Source: Octopus vulgaris
Taxonomy: Eukaryota
Reading direction: 5' to 3'
NCBI GenBank assembly: GCA_951406725.2
Contig: OX597831.1
Location: 8,246,001-8,310,000 of the forward strand
DNA: 64,000 nt
In this document: positions 11,920 to 24,198 of the stretch, in pieces
Layout of the letters: the number at the start of each line of letters is the position of its first letter
Numbering within the stretch: the stretch's first letter is position 1
Position numbers and translations under genes: made by a program
Notes under the pieces: generated by a model
Told to the model about the DNA's origin: nothing
The model's database searches: none
Seen by the model: only the letters and a program-made list of their open reading frames with translations

Positions 11920-13620
11920 TTCTTTTACTTGTCTGTTTGGTCTATAGATACTGGTTCTTCAATGGATTTCTTTAAGCATTTTCTTACATCTCTTTGTTGT
12001 TTCATAGAATTCTGTTTTGTAGTAAATCTTGTAGTTTTAACCACATCTGCTTGCATAACTTGTTGCCAAAAAAGATTTGTATTCTGTTCAATATTTGAAA
12101 GAATCGCATCCTTCATAGCCAAGCTTTGGACAAAGACATCCTTTCGGTTGTTTCATTTCCATTATTATTTATGTCAGAACAAATTACTGCTTCTTAACCA
12201 CTCTGTCAATAATCTGCTGAGCTGAAAAAACGTTTGGGTTATTCAGTGTTGCTGTCCACCTCAGTGCAATCATTTGATAACTTTAACTTCAAAGCCACGT
12301 AACAGGTTTTTGTACATACATTGTGTGCATTGATTGTGTTATTTATTTTTATGCTCTGTCTAATGTTAAAACCATTCAACTACTCTTCATTGTCAGAAAT
12401 GAAATCATTGCACAGCAACATAGACCAAAACGTTTGCCATATTCTCAAAAGTGCGACAAGTTTTAACACACGTCTATGCAATTTCAGATTTAACGAGCAC
12501 ATCTTTAATTGTAAACTGCTGTTGAAAGTCATTAGAGAGCACATCTCTTAATTGTAAATTGTCATTGAAAGTCAATGGTAGAAATTTTGCTACTGAATAA
12601 TTGTATCATAAAATTACTTGTGATCGTAACATTTGTAATTCTGAATAATTCCCTTGTCCATTGGTCGTCTGAGAAGAATTCTGTAGACTGGTAAACAGCA
12701 TAGAAAAATATTGGTGCAATCTGGAACTGTGTTAGGTGCATGGTGATATGCCATGTCTTGTTGCAGAGGTCAATCACTCTTGGTGTCTTATGGTTTGATG
12801 CCATTCCTCTTAAATTAGGCAAAACTGCAGACAAGAATTTCTTGAGTAAATCAGTTTTTAAAAAGTTCTTTAGTCCTTCTTTTGGGCCTTGTTAAAAACT
12901 GGAATATGCATTAGTTCCTTCAAGACTCTAACATGATGCCACTTATTTATCAATCACTAAAAGTCTGGTACTGTTGGCCCAGATGCATTTGTACATAAAA
13001 ACTGTTAATCTTTCTTTTAATTATACTTGAAATCACTTGCCTCCTTGGAACTTACCAATATCCACATTTGTAAACATCACCAGTAGAGGAGGCCATTTTC
13101 ATTGATATTGTATATTCAACCAGTTGTGAGCTCCTGTCCCCTGACAAGTTCAATAAATGCCGTTTGTTAAGCTCTTTCTCAATCTACTGATTGCTTTTCA
13201 CCATCAATGTCTGATTCTTTCTTTCATAACATGTCTTAAATCCAGGCAATCACTCATCCGAGAAAAACAATTGAGGTTTCCAAATCTATTTTCTCTTTAA
13301 AATGTTTGGCTCTAGCTAAAATTATTGTCTCATTTACGGCTATACCTTCCAATCATTCACTTCAATAAAAACCACTCGTGCAATATTTTATCTAAATTTT
13401 CACATTTTAGCTTTATGCAGACTTGCCTCTTTCCGAGTTTATTGAGAAGCTTAGAACATGCTGTAAAATCTAAAAGCTTTTCCTTTCAGCTGTTAATGTC
13501 ATACAAAGTCACTGGTCTGCATTTAGATTCTGTTATTAGCACATTTCTACTCATACCGTGTTCAGTTTCTCTTGGTGAGTTCTAGTTTATTTTTGGTGGA
13601 GAAGATTAGAGAAGAATGAA
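11920..13620 (-). mobile_element. Fossil pogo/Tigger (CENP-B/Jerky-like) DNA transposase
   Basis: Minus-strand fragments in the expected order: KNKLELTKR (about 13590), LHKAKCENLDKILHEWF (HTH, 13369-13420), IYNINENGL (like IYNADETGL, about 13100), KERLTVF.CTNASG (about 13000), RPMDKGIIQNYKCY (like QPMDQGII, about 12650). Many stops and frameshifts; no TIRs identified. Confidence 0.85.
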
Positions 13621-13994
13621 AGGAAAAGTTATCTGAACAAGTGTGGGCATTATTGGCTGTGATGACGAGTAGGGACAGAAATGAGCACTGGGGTACACTA
13701 GATTTAATAGCGTAGGGTAGAGAGGGGTCTCCATCATCAATAGAAGCTACTTTAGGGCTCTTTGAAGTTCTACTTTGTTTCTTCTCAGTCACTTTAGACA
13801 TCGTAATAGAGTAAATGACAAAAAAATGAATGGGTTAAAATACAGCACTGGACATTACACCTGCTGCCAGCACAGAGTTCCATGGGGACAAATTAGCATG
13901 ACACCACCAGTTTTATTTTGAAGGGGATATTAGCTTGGGGTTTCTGGTATTCTCTGTGCCTTTATTTCAAAATGGTTCCACCACTTCCATTATT

Positions 13995-14438
13995 ATTGGT
14001 AAGCTGACTGAATCATTAAATACAGTATTTGTTCTGACTCTATGTTCTGAGTTCAAATGCAACCTAGGTCTGCTTTGCCTTTCAATCGTCCAGGGTCAAT
14101 GAAATAAAGTGCCAAGCATCAGTGCAGGTATTAATTGGCTACAACACTTTCATGCAACTTTTCTAGTCTTGTGATTAAAGCAGAAACCATCATCATCATC
14201 ATTATTATTATAAAGGTGGTGAGCTGGCTGAATCGGTAGCACACCGGGCAAAATGCTTAGCAGCATTTCATTGGCTTCATGTTTTCTGAGTTCAAGTTCC
14301 GCCACGGTCAACTTTGCCTTTCATCCTTTCACTGTCGATAAATTAAGTACCAGTGAAACATTGGGGTCGATGTAATCGATTACTCCCCTCCCCCCAAAAT
14401 TTCAGACTTTGTGCCTATAGTAGAAAGGATTATTATTA
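13995..14438 (+). mobile_element. SINE family A variant with (ATT)n tail, two tandem copies
   Basis: Same head and core as family A but 3' end ...cccccaaaatttcag.c.ttgtgcctatagtagaaaggattattatt. The younger copy is 14213-14438. Confidence 0.8.
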
Positions 14439-14439
14439 G

Positions 14440-14669
14440 ACCAGGCTCCCGTGGCTTTTATGGGTTTTTCCACGAGTAACCTTTTGAAGCGCCTCCCCCT
14501 ATTGGGAGTTTTTACTTGTTATATTTTCGTTGTTAACTTGCATTTTTACACGGACTTTTCAAACGGACAAAACCTTTTTTGGAACTTTCGTCCTGTATTT
14601 TGTCCTTACATGTTTTATTTGATTTTTGTTAGCCCTTGTGGCCAATAAACGAATTAATTATTATTATTA
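14440..14669 (+). mobile_element. Retroposed 3' end (probable LINE 3' UTR) with AATAAA and (ATT)n tail
   Basis: T-rich body ending ccttgtggccAATAAAcgaattaattattattattag, with attattattag on both sides (possible TSD). Family not identified. Confidence 0.45.
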
Positions 14670-15017
14670 GCCGTAGAAGTACCATTATCTGTGTTGTCAA
14701 AAATTATGACAGTTTTATTTTCATTACTTTTGAGGAATGGCACACTTCCATTCAAAATGACAGGTAAAAAACAATTTTGATGAAGTTTTGTACCTAAAGA
14801 TGTAGCTTTACATATTTAATTGCAAAAATATTAGAAATGTGTAAATGTGACAGTGCAGGACACCCACTGAAAAACGATGGCCCCATGACACATTCTAGTA
14901 TGAGAACCACTTAGGCTGTCAAATATGACAGCTCTTTTACTTATACAATTCTTTGCTGGTTCACTGAACAGTTTAATGAGAATTTTAAAAATTTAATTAA
15001 AAGTTATGATCTGTATT

Positions 15018-15052
<35 letters not shown>

Positions 15053-15312
15053 TATCTCGTAATGTGCACTTTTCCATGCTTGCATGGATCTAATGGAATT
15101 TATTGAGGCAGATTTTGTATGGTTGGATGCCCTTCCCACTAGTTTCGAGCAAAGTAATATTTCCCATGGTCAGACATGTTTTCCATGGAAGACTGGAAAG
15201 GCAGAAACTTGACTGTAGGATGCTGATGCTCATTTAGAACTGTCGTGTAATATCAAGACAAGGGTGTACACACACACATGCATAGACATGTGTTTATGTG
15301 TGTGTGTGTGTG

Positions 15313-15344
<32 letters not shown>

Positions 15345-15349
<5 letters not shown>

Positions 15350-15591
15350 AAAATAGTGTACATTTAAACACAAAAGAAAACTACCCTTTAACAGGTAATT
15401 TTTATATGCTAGAAATAGCAGCCAACACGGCCAAAACCACGATAACAAGGTAAAAGTTTTTATTTTTCATTTACTTTGAAAATTGCTATTAAATTGTGGT
15501 TTTGGCCATGTTGGCTGCTATTTCTAACATGTAAAAATTACCTGTTAAAGGGTAGTTTTCTTTTTTGTTTAAATGTACACTATTTTAAAAT
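15345..15591. repeat. Foldback: 96-bp inverted arms with 55-bp spacer
   Basis: Arms 15345-15440 and 15496-15591 are reverse complements with 4 mismatches by my count. Confidence 0.95.
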
Positions 15592-15675
15592 ATGAATATG
15601 TTGTCTATTGACTATTTATACATGCTAGGCCACTGGTGGTGATATTTATAACAAATATTCGCTACCCTATATATG

Positions 15676-15714
<39 letters not shown>

Positions 15715-15718
<4 letters not shown>

Positions 15719-16878
15719 TACGTATTTTATTTATAAATGACAATTTCTGTCTTTCTGTCTGTTTGTCTGTCTGCTACCATCTCTACTGCCTAAACCATCA
15801 AACGAATCTTTGCCAAACTTTGCATACATGTTAAACTAACATCCAGTTCAATAATAGACTAATTGAATTTCAATAAAAATCTATAATGTACCCCCCCCCC
15901 CAGCAGGGTTGGGCAAATTATATGATAAAATGAGAAGGGTGCAAAGAGTAGTAATGTGAAGGAAATATGGTGACAGAGTGAGGGTTACTGAGAACAATGT
16001 TGTCTAAGAGACAAATAGGAAGTGGCAATAGGATGGTAATGTTAATACAGCTGTCATATAGTCGCAACACTGCATACATACATTTGTAAATACATAGATA
16101 CATACACACACACATGCATAAGCAACTTTTAAAATGCCCAGGAAGGAGAAAAAGGTGTGTGTGAGGAATACGTAGCTTAAAGGAGACAGGGGGTAGGTGA
16201 CTTTTCTGCTTTCCATCACAAAGAAACATTCACACACATATACATATATATATATATATATAGGTCTATTATACTCCATTTTAAACTCGTGTTTACATGT
16301 GTGTATGTTTGTAACTGTGTGTGTGTGTGTGTGTATGTGCACATAGGCACACATGTATGTGTGTGTCTGTGCCTGTGTCACATCCCACAACTGTCTGTCT
16401 CTCTACTTTTCTTGGGTCTTCCCTGTTGCTGTCACAAATTGTAACATTAAAATTATATCAGAATTTTCAAATTTGGTATTTTCCATGTAAAATCCGATTT
16501 TGTTATTTATTTGTTCCAGAAAAATTGCAGAAATATGTTGGCATTTTCTGCATGATAGCTATTGATCACAAAATGAAAGCAAAACCATTAGGGGAAGGAA
16601 TTTTTATTAAACAAATGAAAGCAAAGCATTACTACGACCAAAGTTGTAAGAACTTCTGAAGCTTTAATAAGTTTTAATGGATAAAGTCATGGGAAACGAC
16701 CGAACAGACATGTAAATGATTTAAAAGGGAAAAAAAATCCACAATGAAGTTCTTTGGCAAAAAATTGCACAAATCTTTCCTGATCAAGAGGCCTGTCTGT
16801 CGTTGAAGGCATGGTCTGACATGGAATAAACAAAAATTTATATAAAAACTGCCCCACAACGATGGGCTATTCAGCTAG
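15715..16878 (+). mobile_element. Probable non-autonomous Helitron
   Basis: 5' tataaa...(tctg)n region. 3' short hairpin GCCC(16851-54)...GGGC(16864-67) followed by CTAG (16875-78) and then T. The 5' TC terminus is not clear. Confidence 0.5.
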
Positions 16879-17194
16879 TGTCGGTGGCACGTAAAAAACA
16901 CCATCCGAATTGTGGGCGAAGCCAGTGCCGCCTCGACTGGCTTCCGTGCAGGTGGCACGTAAAATGCACCAATCTGACCGTGGCTGATGCCAGCCTCGCC
17001 TGGCACCAGTGCAGGTGGCACGTAAAAAGCACCCACTACACTCACGGAGTGGTTGGCGTTAGGAAGGGCATCCAGCTGTAGAAACATTGCCAGATAAGAC
17101 CGGAGCCTGGTGCAGCCTTCTGGCCTCCCAGATCCCCGGTCGAACCGTCCAACCCATGCTAGCATGGAGAACGGACGTTAAACGATGATGATGA

Positions 17195-17197
<3 letters not shown>
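16879..17197 (+). mobile_element. RTE LINE 3' UTR (2 tandem units), CpG-rich young copy
   Basis: ggtggcacgtaaaa occurs three times, then ...gtccaacccatgctagcatggagaacggacgttaaac(gat)n. Confidence 0.85.
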
Positions 17198-17239
<42 letters not shown>

Positions 17240-17254
17240 CATACATACACATAT

Positions 17255-17415
17255 GCGACAAGCTTTTTTCAGTTTCCATCTTCCAAGTCCATTTGCAAGT
17301 CTGCAGTTGACCTGTGGCTGTAGCAGAAGACACTTGCCCAAGTTGCTGCTTAGTAAGACTAAACCTAAGACCACCAGCTTGGGAGGCGAACATCTTAACC
17401 ACACAGCCAAGCCTG
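17255..17415 (-). mobile_element. SINE family B, 5' half
   Basis: agaagacacttgcccaag...cttaaccacacagcc. Confidence 0.7.
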
Positions 17416-17517
17416 TGCTTATTAATGATAGTAATAAAAATTGAGTTCAATGTTATGATTCTGTATTTACAAAAATGTTACAATATTATATACAAAACAT
17501 AGAAAAATTTACATGTA

Positions 17518-17569
<52 letters not shown>

Positions 17570-17570
<1 letters not shown>

Positions 17571-18215
17571 GCTGGCAGAATTGTTAGCAGACCAGAGAAA
17601 ATGCTTAGCAGCATTTCGTCCATCTTTTTGTTCCAAGTTCAAATTCTGCTAAGGTTGACTTTGCCTTTCATCCTTTCGGGGTCGATAAAAGAAGTACCAG
17701 TGAAATGCTTGGGTCGATGTACTTGACTAGTATCCTCCACCAAAAATTTCAAGCCTTGTGCCTTTGATAGAAAGGATTATTATTGTTATCATTAAGGCAA
17801 TCAGCTGGCAGAGTCGTCAGGCAGAATGCTTAGCAGGATTTCTTCCAACTCTTTGTGTGCCAAGTTCAAATTCTGCTGAGGTCAGACTTAACCTTTTGTC
17901 CCTTCAGAGTCAATAGCATAAAGTACCGATAGAGTACTGGTGTTCATCTGATCAAGTGGCCCCCTCACCACAATATTTCAGGTCTTGTGTCCATATCAAA
18001 AAGGATCAGAGCTGGCAGAATCAGTAGCAGACTGGGTAAACTGCTTGTCAGCATTTTGTCCATCTTTACATTCTGAGTTCAAATTCCGCTGGGGTTCACT
18101 TTGCCTTTCATATTTTGGGGTTGATAAAATAAGTACCAGTCATGTACTGGAGTCTATGTAATCGTTTACTCCTCCTCCAAAACTACTGGCATTGTGCCTA
18201 TAGTAGAAACGGTTA

Positions 18216-18265
<50 letters not shown>
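17570..18265 (+). mobile_element. Three tandem ATT-tailed family A SINEs bounded by (ATT)n
   Basis: gctggcaga heads at about 17571, 17804 and 18010, each with the agttcaaatt...cctttca core. Confidence 0.85.
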
Positions 18266-18267
<2 letters not shown>

Positions 18268-18304
18268 GTTTTCTAATTTCCTTGTTTTGTAACCAGTATC
18301 AATT

Positions 18305-18600
18305 ATTAATTTAGCAAGATAAGTTTGTCTAGACAGTTTTCTTATTCAGGCAGGATGTCACTCTTTTACAAAAGGAGTGTCAGGTAAGTGGGTAGGTATG
18401 TATGTAGTGAGTAGGACACTGTGTCATTCCTGACTTCTATGAAGACGTAACCAACCATATTGGACCCAGGCACGTCACTGCTATTTCATCCAATTTAATT
18501 AGAGTCTTCTGCATTGTCAGCTCAGGTGATTTTCTTTCTTTTCTTTTTCTTTAGGAATATCTTTGCCAATTACGGAAATTCATTCTCACGAGTTTACATT
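18305..18600 (+). repeat. Unclassified interspersed repeat, about 290 bp (second copy at 23460-23745)
   Basis: taatttagcaaga.aa.tttgtctagacagttttcttattcaggca...atgaagac.taaccaac... is shared by both loci. Confidence 0.75.
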
Positions 18601-20284
18601 TACTTGAGATCCTGGTTTATACTTTTTACCAATGAGAATAATTCAGAATCATATAAACTACTTAGCTTCATTTCTTTCTTTCTTTCTTTCTTGTTTTCTT
18701 TCTTTCTTTTCTTTTCTCAAACTTTCTTTCTTCTTTTTTTTTTCAAACTTTCTTTAACTTCATCATTCTTGAAGATTGCCATAAATTGTTAGTTCTTGCT
18801 GACAGATACTCAACTTCTCAGACAACCTCACATAATTGTGAGGAATAGTCTTTTGGTCTTTTACCGGTTTCAGTCATTGGATAGCAACCCAGTATGGCTG
18901 AGTTGCAGTCGTTCAAGAGGTTTTTATCAATGATACTCTGTGTGTGTGTGTGTGTCCCAGCGATTATTTTAGGCACGTAGTTATTTTATCAGTCTCTTAT
19001 GGACATTTTTTTTTCATGGCTTAGTTAAGTTTTTTTTACATTAAAGGATACAACTGAAAACATCCGTTTACACAGACATAAGCATACACACACACATACA
19101 CACACAGTGGACTTTCTGGACACTTTCTGTCTACCATATTTTATTGACAAGACAGTGGCCAGTCCAAGACTTGAGTACAGGGCACTTGACCATAGTACTG
19201 TGCTGTGCAATGGGTTTGACCCCAGAATGTCATGTCTGTAGAGGATTCTTCTCTATTTATTGAACCACTAAGTCATGGAACACAAAGGGGAATAACATCA
19301 ACACAGACACATACACACACACTCACACACACACTTATGCACACACATGGTGGGATTCTGCACAGTTCCTATCGAATGCGTTCCACCCACAAGGTATTGG
19401 TCCACGAGAGAAGACATTTGCCCAAACTGCTTTGCTGCAGATACCAAAGCCCAAATCATGTGTTTGCAAAGCAAATTTCTCAACAACAACGATCTTTAAG
19501 AAATACTAAGTAACAGTCAAACCTATAAAGCAGCCTCTACATGGCCGCTTGTCCTGGTAGAAACAGCTGTGGCGCGCGCACACATTATTAGCCATTTGAA
19601 AAGACTATGAAAGTCTCGACCACGGTCGAACAATGATGATGACTAAACCTCCCTCAAGTCACACACCAACAATTTTGGAAAAGAGCACATTGGATAATGT
19701 GAATCTTAGTTGCCTGCACATAGGAAAAATACAGGATGGTCATGGTTAGAAGGCCTTTCATTTGATGAGAGCTAATCAGTGTTGTGTAGAGGACTGTACA
19801 ACAACAACAGCAGCAACAATGTAATTATCAATCTTACTGAATGGTTTTCATTCCTATAATTTTTGTTTTAAGATATTTTTATTGAATGCACAGTTCTACA
19901 CATTTAAAGCATGGCTGTGTGGTTCAGAAGCTTACTTGCCATCCATGTGGTTTTCAGTTCAGTCCCTCTGGATAGCACCTTGGACAAGTTTCTTCCACTA
20001 TTGTCCAAGGCCATCCAAAGCCAGCCTTATGAGTGGATTTGGTAGATGGGAACTGTGTGTGTGTATATATGTGTATGTAGTGTATATAAGGGGTTATAAT
20101 CCAAGCTGTGTCCCCGTGAAGCCCATCTGCATGTTTACATTAATCCAATGCATGATGTTTATTGATGTTTTAGTCTAAATGAGGAATATGTAGCAATTGG
20201 AATTTCTGGTAAATTCTATTTGCAGAGTAATTACATACCAAAACAAAAGACTGGAAATACTTGGACTTTTTTAAAAAATTCCAG

Positions 20285-20440
20285 TCTTTCTCTTTCTCTG
20301 TTTATTTCTGTGTTCCTTTCTGTCGAAGAGCATAGGCTCAAAACGTAAAGGTCTTTCTCACTCCCCGAGTGTTAAACTAATACATCTGTTTGTTGTTTAC
20401 ACACCCGTCTTCGTCTTTTGTTTTTTGTAAATTCTCACTA
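20285..20440 (+). mobile_element. Penelope-like pseudo-LTR with hammerhead-like motif (20315-20351)
   Basis: cctttCTGTCGAa-gagc-atag-gctc-AAAAcgTAaagg, then actaatacatctgtttgtt... ending in (TA)n. Homologous to 23960-24158. Confidence 0.6.
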
Positions 20441-20929
20441 TATATATATATCCATTGGCAATGTCATCTCTCTTATACCCACCTTCTTGTATCTTGAGAT
20501 GCTCTGGCCCCACCACCATTCTGTTATCTTCTTGCCAGCTACTCACATTCTTATATCATCCAGAGTAGCCATGTATCCCTTCTATAACAAGTTGTCTAGC
20601 TTGGCCCCTCTCCACACCCAGCAGAGAACCATGCCACCCATCTCTTTAATACTAATCCCAGTATTTAGGCAAGAAAACTTTTTATTTTCTGTTTCCCCTT
20701 GTTCCTGTTCTTGTCTTGCAAGTTACAGGGTGGCCTCACCATTGCCAGTGACACAAAACACACCCGGTACACATTGTAAACTGGTTGGCATTAGGAAGGG
20801 CACCCAGCTGTAGAAGCCATACCAAAGCAGACAGTTGGATCCTGTCAAACTGTCCAACCCATGCCAGCATAGAAAGTGGATGTTTAATGAGAGTGATGAT
20901 GATGATGATTGTGTGTGTGTGTGTGTGTG

Positions 20930-21186
20930 TACCTTATGTTGACATTGTGATGGTTGTATATGAGCATCACCATCAGTCAAGTGAGGTTTGCTCATTTCCA
21001 GTCTTCTGTGAAGAACATACTTGCCCGTGGGAACATATTAGCTTGCTTGGGAATAGGCAAGGGTTAGCAATGCGAAGGGCATCTGGCTGTAGAAAATCTG
21101 CCTCAACAAATTCCATCTGACCCATGCAAACGTAGAAAAGTGGACGTTAAATGAGGATGTGGATGTTAAATGATGATGATGATGAT
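20930..21186 (+). mobile_element. SINE 3' module ending in the RTE-like (GAT)n tail (other copies about 8600-8750 -, 15040-15265 -, 24230-24470 +, 29405-29560 -, 36190-36430 -)
   Basis: ttgacat...ttccagtcttc...gaagggcatc...agaaaatctgcctcaacaaattccatctgacccatgca...(gat)n. Confidence 0.65.
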
Positions 21187-22404
21187 ATGAAATAATGATT
21201 TATTTTTCAAGAAAGACATGGTTGTAAACCTTAAAGCCAAGCTGACATCCAAAGAAATGTTATACCAATGAAATACAGAGTTGCCTCTCACCAACTCATT
21301 ATATAATCTTGCGTGCTAGGTGAGTGGTGGTGGTATTTTATTTAACCACCCACCAGACATGATGAATGCCTGAAGCAACTTTGTTTAGGTTCCAAATGCA
21401 AAACTGCCAATTACATAATGAAAAACTAGTCTTCTTGCCTTTCAGCTGTCATCCTTAGCCATCGTTCATATTTATTTTTATTCTGCTTTTTCTTCCTTTT
21501 TAGTTTTTTTTTTTTGTTAGTCTTTTTTATAACCGAGTTATTCATGCAATGAATTGGCAGAACCAGTGGAGCATCGGAAAAAAATACTTCATGGTATTTG
21601 CTATGACACTCAGTGCTTTGAGTTCAAATCCCATCAAGGTCAGCCTGGCCTTTCATTCCTTCAGGATTGATAAAAACTATACCAATCCAATGCAGTAGAT
21701 TGGCATTTGTTGCAGTTCTCTGTGTTCTGAGTTCAAGTCCGGTTGAGGTCAACTTTACTTTTTTCCCTTTCAGGATTGATACAAAAAGGGTTCAGTCCAA
21801 CATGGTGGATTGGTAAAAACATTAGAAGGTTGGGCATGGTGCCTTGTGGTGTTTGTTCCAGCTCTCTGTGTTCTGTGTCCAAATCCCACCATGGCCTACT
21901 TTGGTGATAGGTTTAATCCATGACCACCCCCTGGCATTGGTAGTGCCTTTAGCTGAATCCAATCTATTGCAAACATTGAGGCTAGGTTTCCAGTTAGAAC
22001 ATAATCTTCATCCCTTTTTCCTTCTTCTGTTTTTTTCCTTCCACCTTTCCAAGATTGGAAGCTTCCTAAAGGATCGTGGCTACTGCATTCCCCTCCTGAC
22101 TTAAAGATATGGAAATAAAAGCAACTTTCCAAATTTTGACCTCCGGAACTGGTGTTTCTTTTACCAGTTCTTGGTAGATTGGATCAAGAAAATCGTTTGC
22201 AAGGCTCCAATGCAATGATACAGTTTCAGTGTTAGACTCAAAATACGCACACCCATACATACATATATACACACATACATACACACATGCACATATACAT
22301 ACACACACACACATGCACATCTATAAATACATACATGCATACGCATATACACACACACATTCATATTAAAGTTTTTTAATGTAAATTTACATCTTTGATG
22401 TTTC

Positions 22405-22812
22405 ATCTTTTACTTGTTTCAGTCATTGGACTGCAACCATACAGGGGCACCATCTTGAAAGGTTTTAGTCAAACAAATCAATCCCTGTTTTTTTGTTCTG
22501 TTTTTTTTTGTTTTGTTTTTAATTTTATTACTTATTCTATGGGTCTCTTTCGCTGAACCACCAAGTTACAGGGACATAAACAAACCAACACTAGTTGTCA
22601 GGAGAGGGGTAAATACAGACACAAAGACACGCGCACGCGCACAAACACAGACATGCACACAACTGGCTTCTAGACAGTCTCTGTGTAACAAATCCATTCA
22701 TAAGCTGCCCCAGGGCTATAGTAGAAGACACATATCCAAGGTGCCACAGAGTGGGACTGAACCTGAAACCACACAGATGCAAAACAAGCTTCTTAACCAC
22801 CCAGCTGTGCCT
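22405..22812 (-). mobile_element. SINE family B, near full length
   Basis: tcttttacttgtttcagtcattggactg...gggctatagtagaagacac...cttcttaaccac. Confidence 0.8.
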
Positions 22813-23046
22813 GAACTTATTTTAACATTAAACAGAATTTATTACTCAATACTTTTCAGCAGAATACAATAAAACGGTTGACAGTGACTTCGAAGTCCCA
22901 GCTTATTCACTGTCACCAGACTTTGTTTTATTTTTGCTTTTTCTGAGTTTTTGGTTGTTTGTCCTTTGACAGGTGGTGTAATGTGAATGAGAATCAGGTG
23001 TGGTGCTGCTGGGACAGGAAAAGTGTTTATCTAGGTATATGTGTAT

Positions 23047-23081
<35 letters not shown>

Positions 23082-23085
23082 GATG

Positions 23086-23116
<31 letters not shown>

Positions 23117-23959
23117 ACACACACACACACATATGTATATGCATACCACTGAATACCTCTCTATCAAATAATGGCATATCACCCTAGTTTGACTTTACGA
23201 TCAAAAGTGTGTTTTTGTGCTTGTGTGTGTGTTTGCATATATTTGTATTTTTATGTGTGTGTGTGTGTGTGTGTGTGCGTGCAAGCATGTGTGTGTGTGT
23301 GTGTGTGTGTGCGTGCGCGTGCTTGCATGTGTGTGTGTGTGTTAAAGTCTGTCTTAAGCCTACAAACCCATTAGGCCAGAGTGTACCCCGGTGCTCTTAA
23401 CATCCAAGTGAGTGATAGCACAAGAGTCAGCCCTGAACACAACGTCAGTCTGTGGCAAAGTTAATTTAGCAAGACAAATTTGTCTAGACAGTTTTCTTAT
23501 TCAGGCACAATGACATTCTTTTAGAAAAGGGATTGCCATGGACGGGGGGTGGGGTGCTGCAGGGACGGAGCAGAGGATACTGTGTCGTTCCTGACCTACA
23601 TGAAGACATAACCAACTACTTTGGACCCCCAGCATGTCATTGCTATTTCACCAATTAAATTAATGTCATCTGCATTGTTAGATCATTTGATATCAGCTTC
23701 TTTTTTTTCTCCATGAATATCTGAGCCATTTACGATATTTATTCTTTATGTGTATTTAATGGATATAAAAGTGAAGGGAAGGCCGCTTCGTTGGGGAATT
23801 TCCCTTCCCAGTCACATACTTTCAGGTTCGGTCCTACTTTGTAGCACTTTGGGCAAGTGTTTTCAACTGTAGCTCCAGGCTGACCAAAGCCATGTGAGTT
23901 GATTTAGGAGATGGAAACTAAAAGAAGCCCATCTCATATATATATATATATATATATAT

Positions 23960-24156
23960 GATAGATCGTTAACCATGATAGGCCGTTAGCCACTACACAC
24001 ATTTTTTTCTCTCCTTGTTTTTTCTGTGTCCCTTTCTGTAGAAGAGCGTAGGCTCGGAACGTAAAAGACTTTTTCTATTCCTGAGCATTATACTAATACA
24101 TCTGTTTGTTTTGTACACCACCTGTCTTCGTCTTTTGTTTCTTTCGTAAACTCTCC

Positions 24157-24158
<2 letters not shown>
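23960..24158 (+). mobile_element. Penelope-like pseudo-LTR with hammerhead-like motif (24032-24067), inserted in the (TA)n tract of a SINE
   Basis: ctttCTGTAGAa-gagc-gtag-gctc-GGAAcgTAaaag. The 5' part (ccatgatag...tagccactacaca) matches 38935-38990, downstream of a GIY-YIG remnant. Confidence 0.65.
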
Positions 24159-24198
<40 letters not shown>

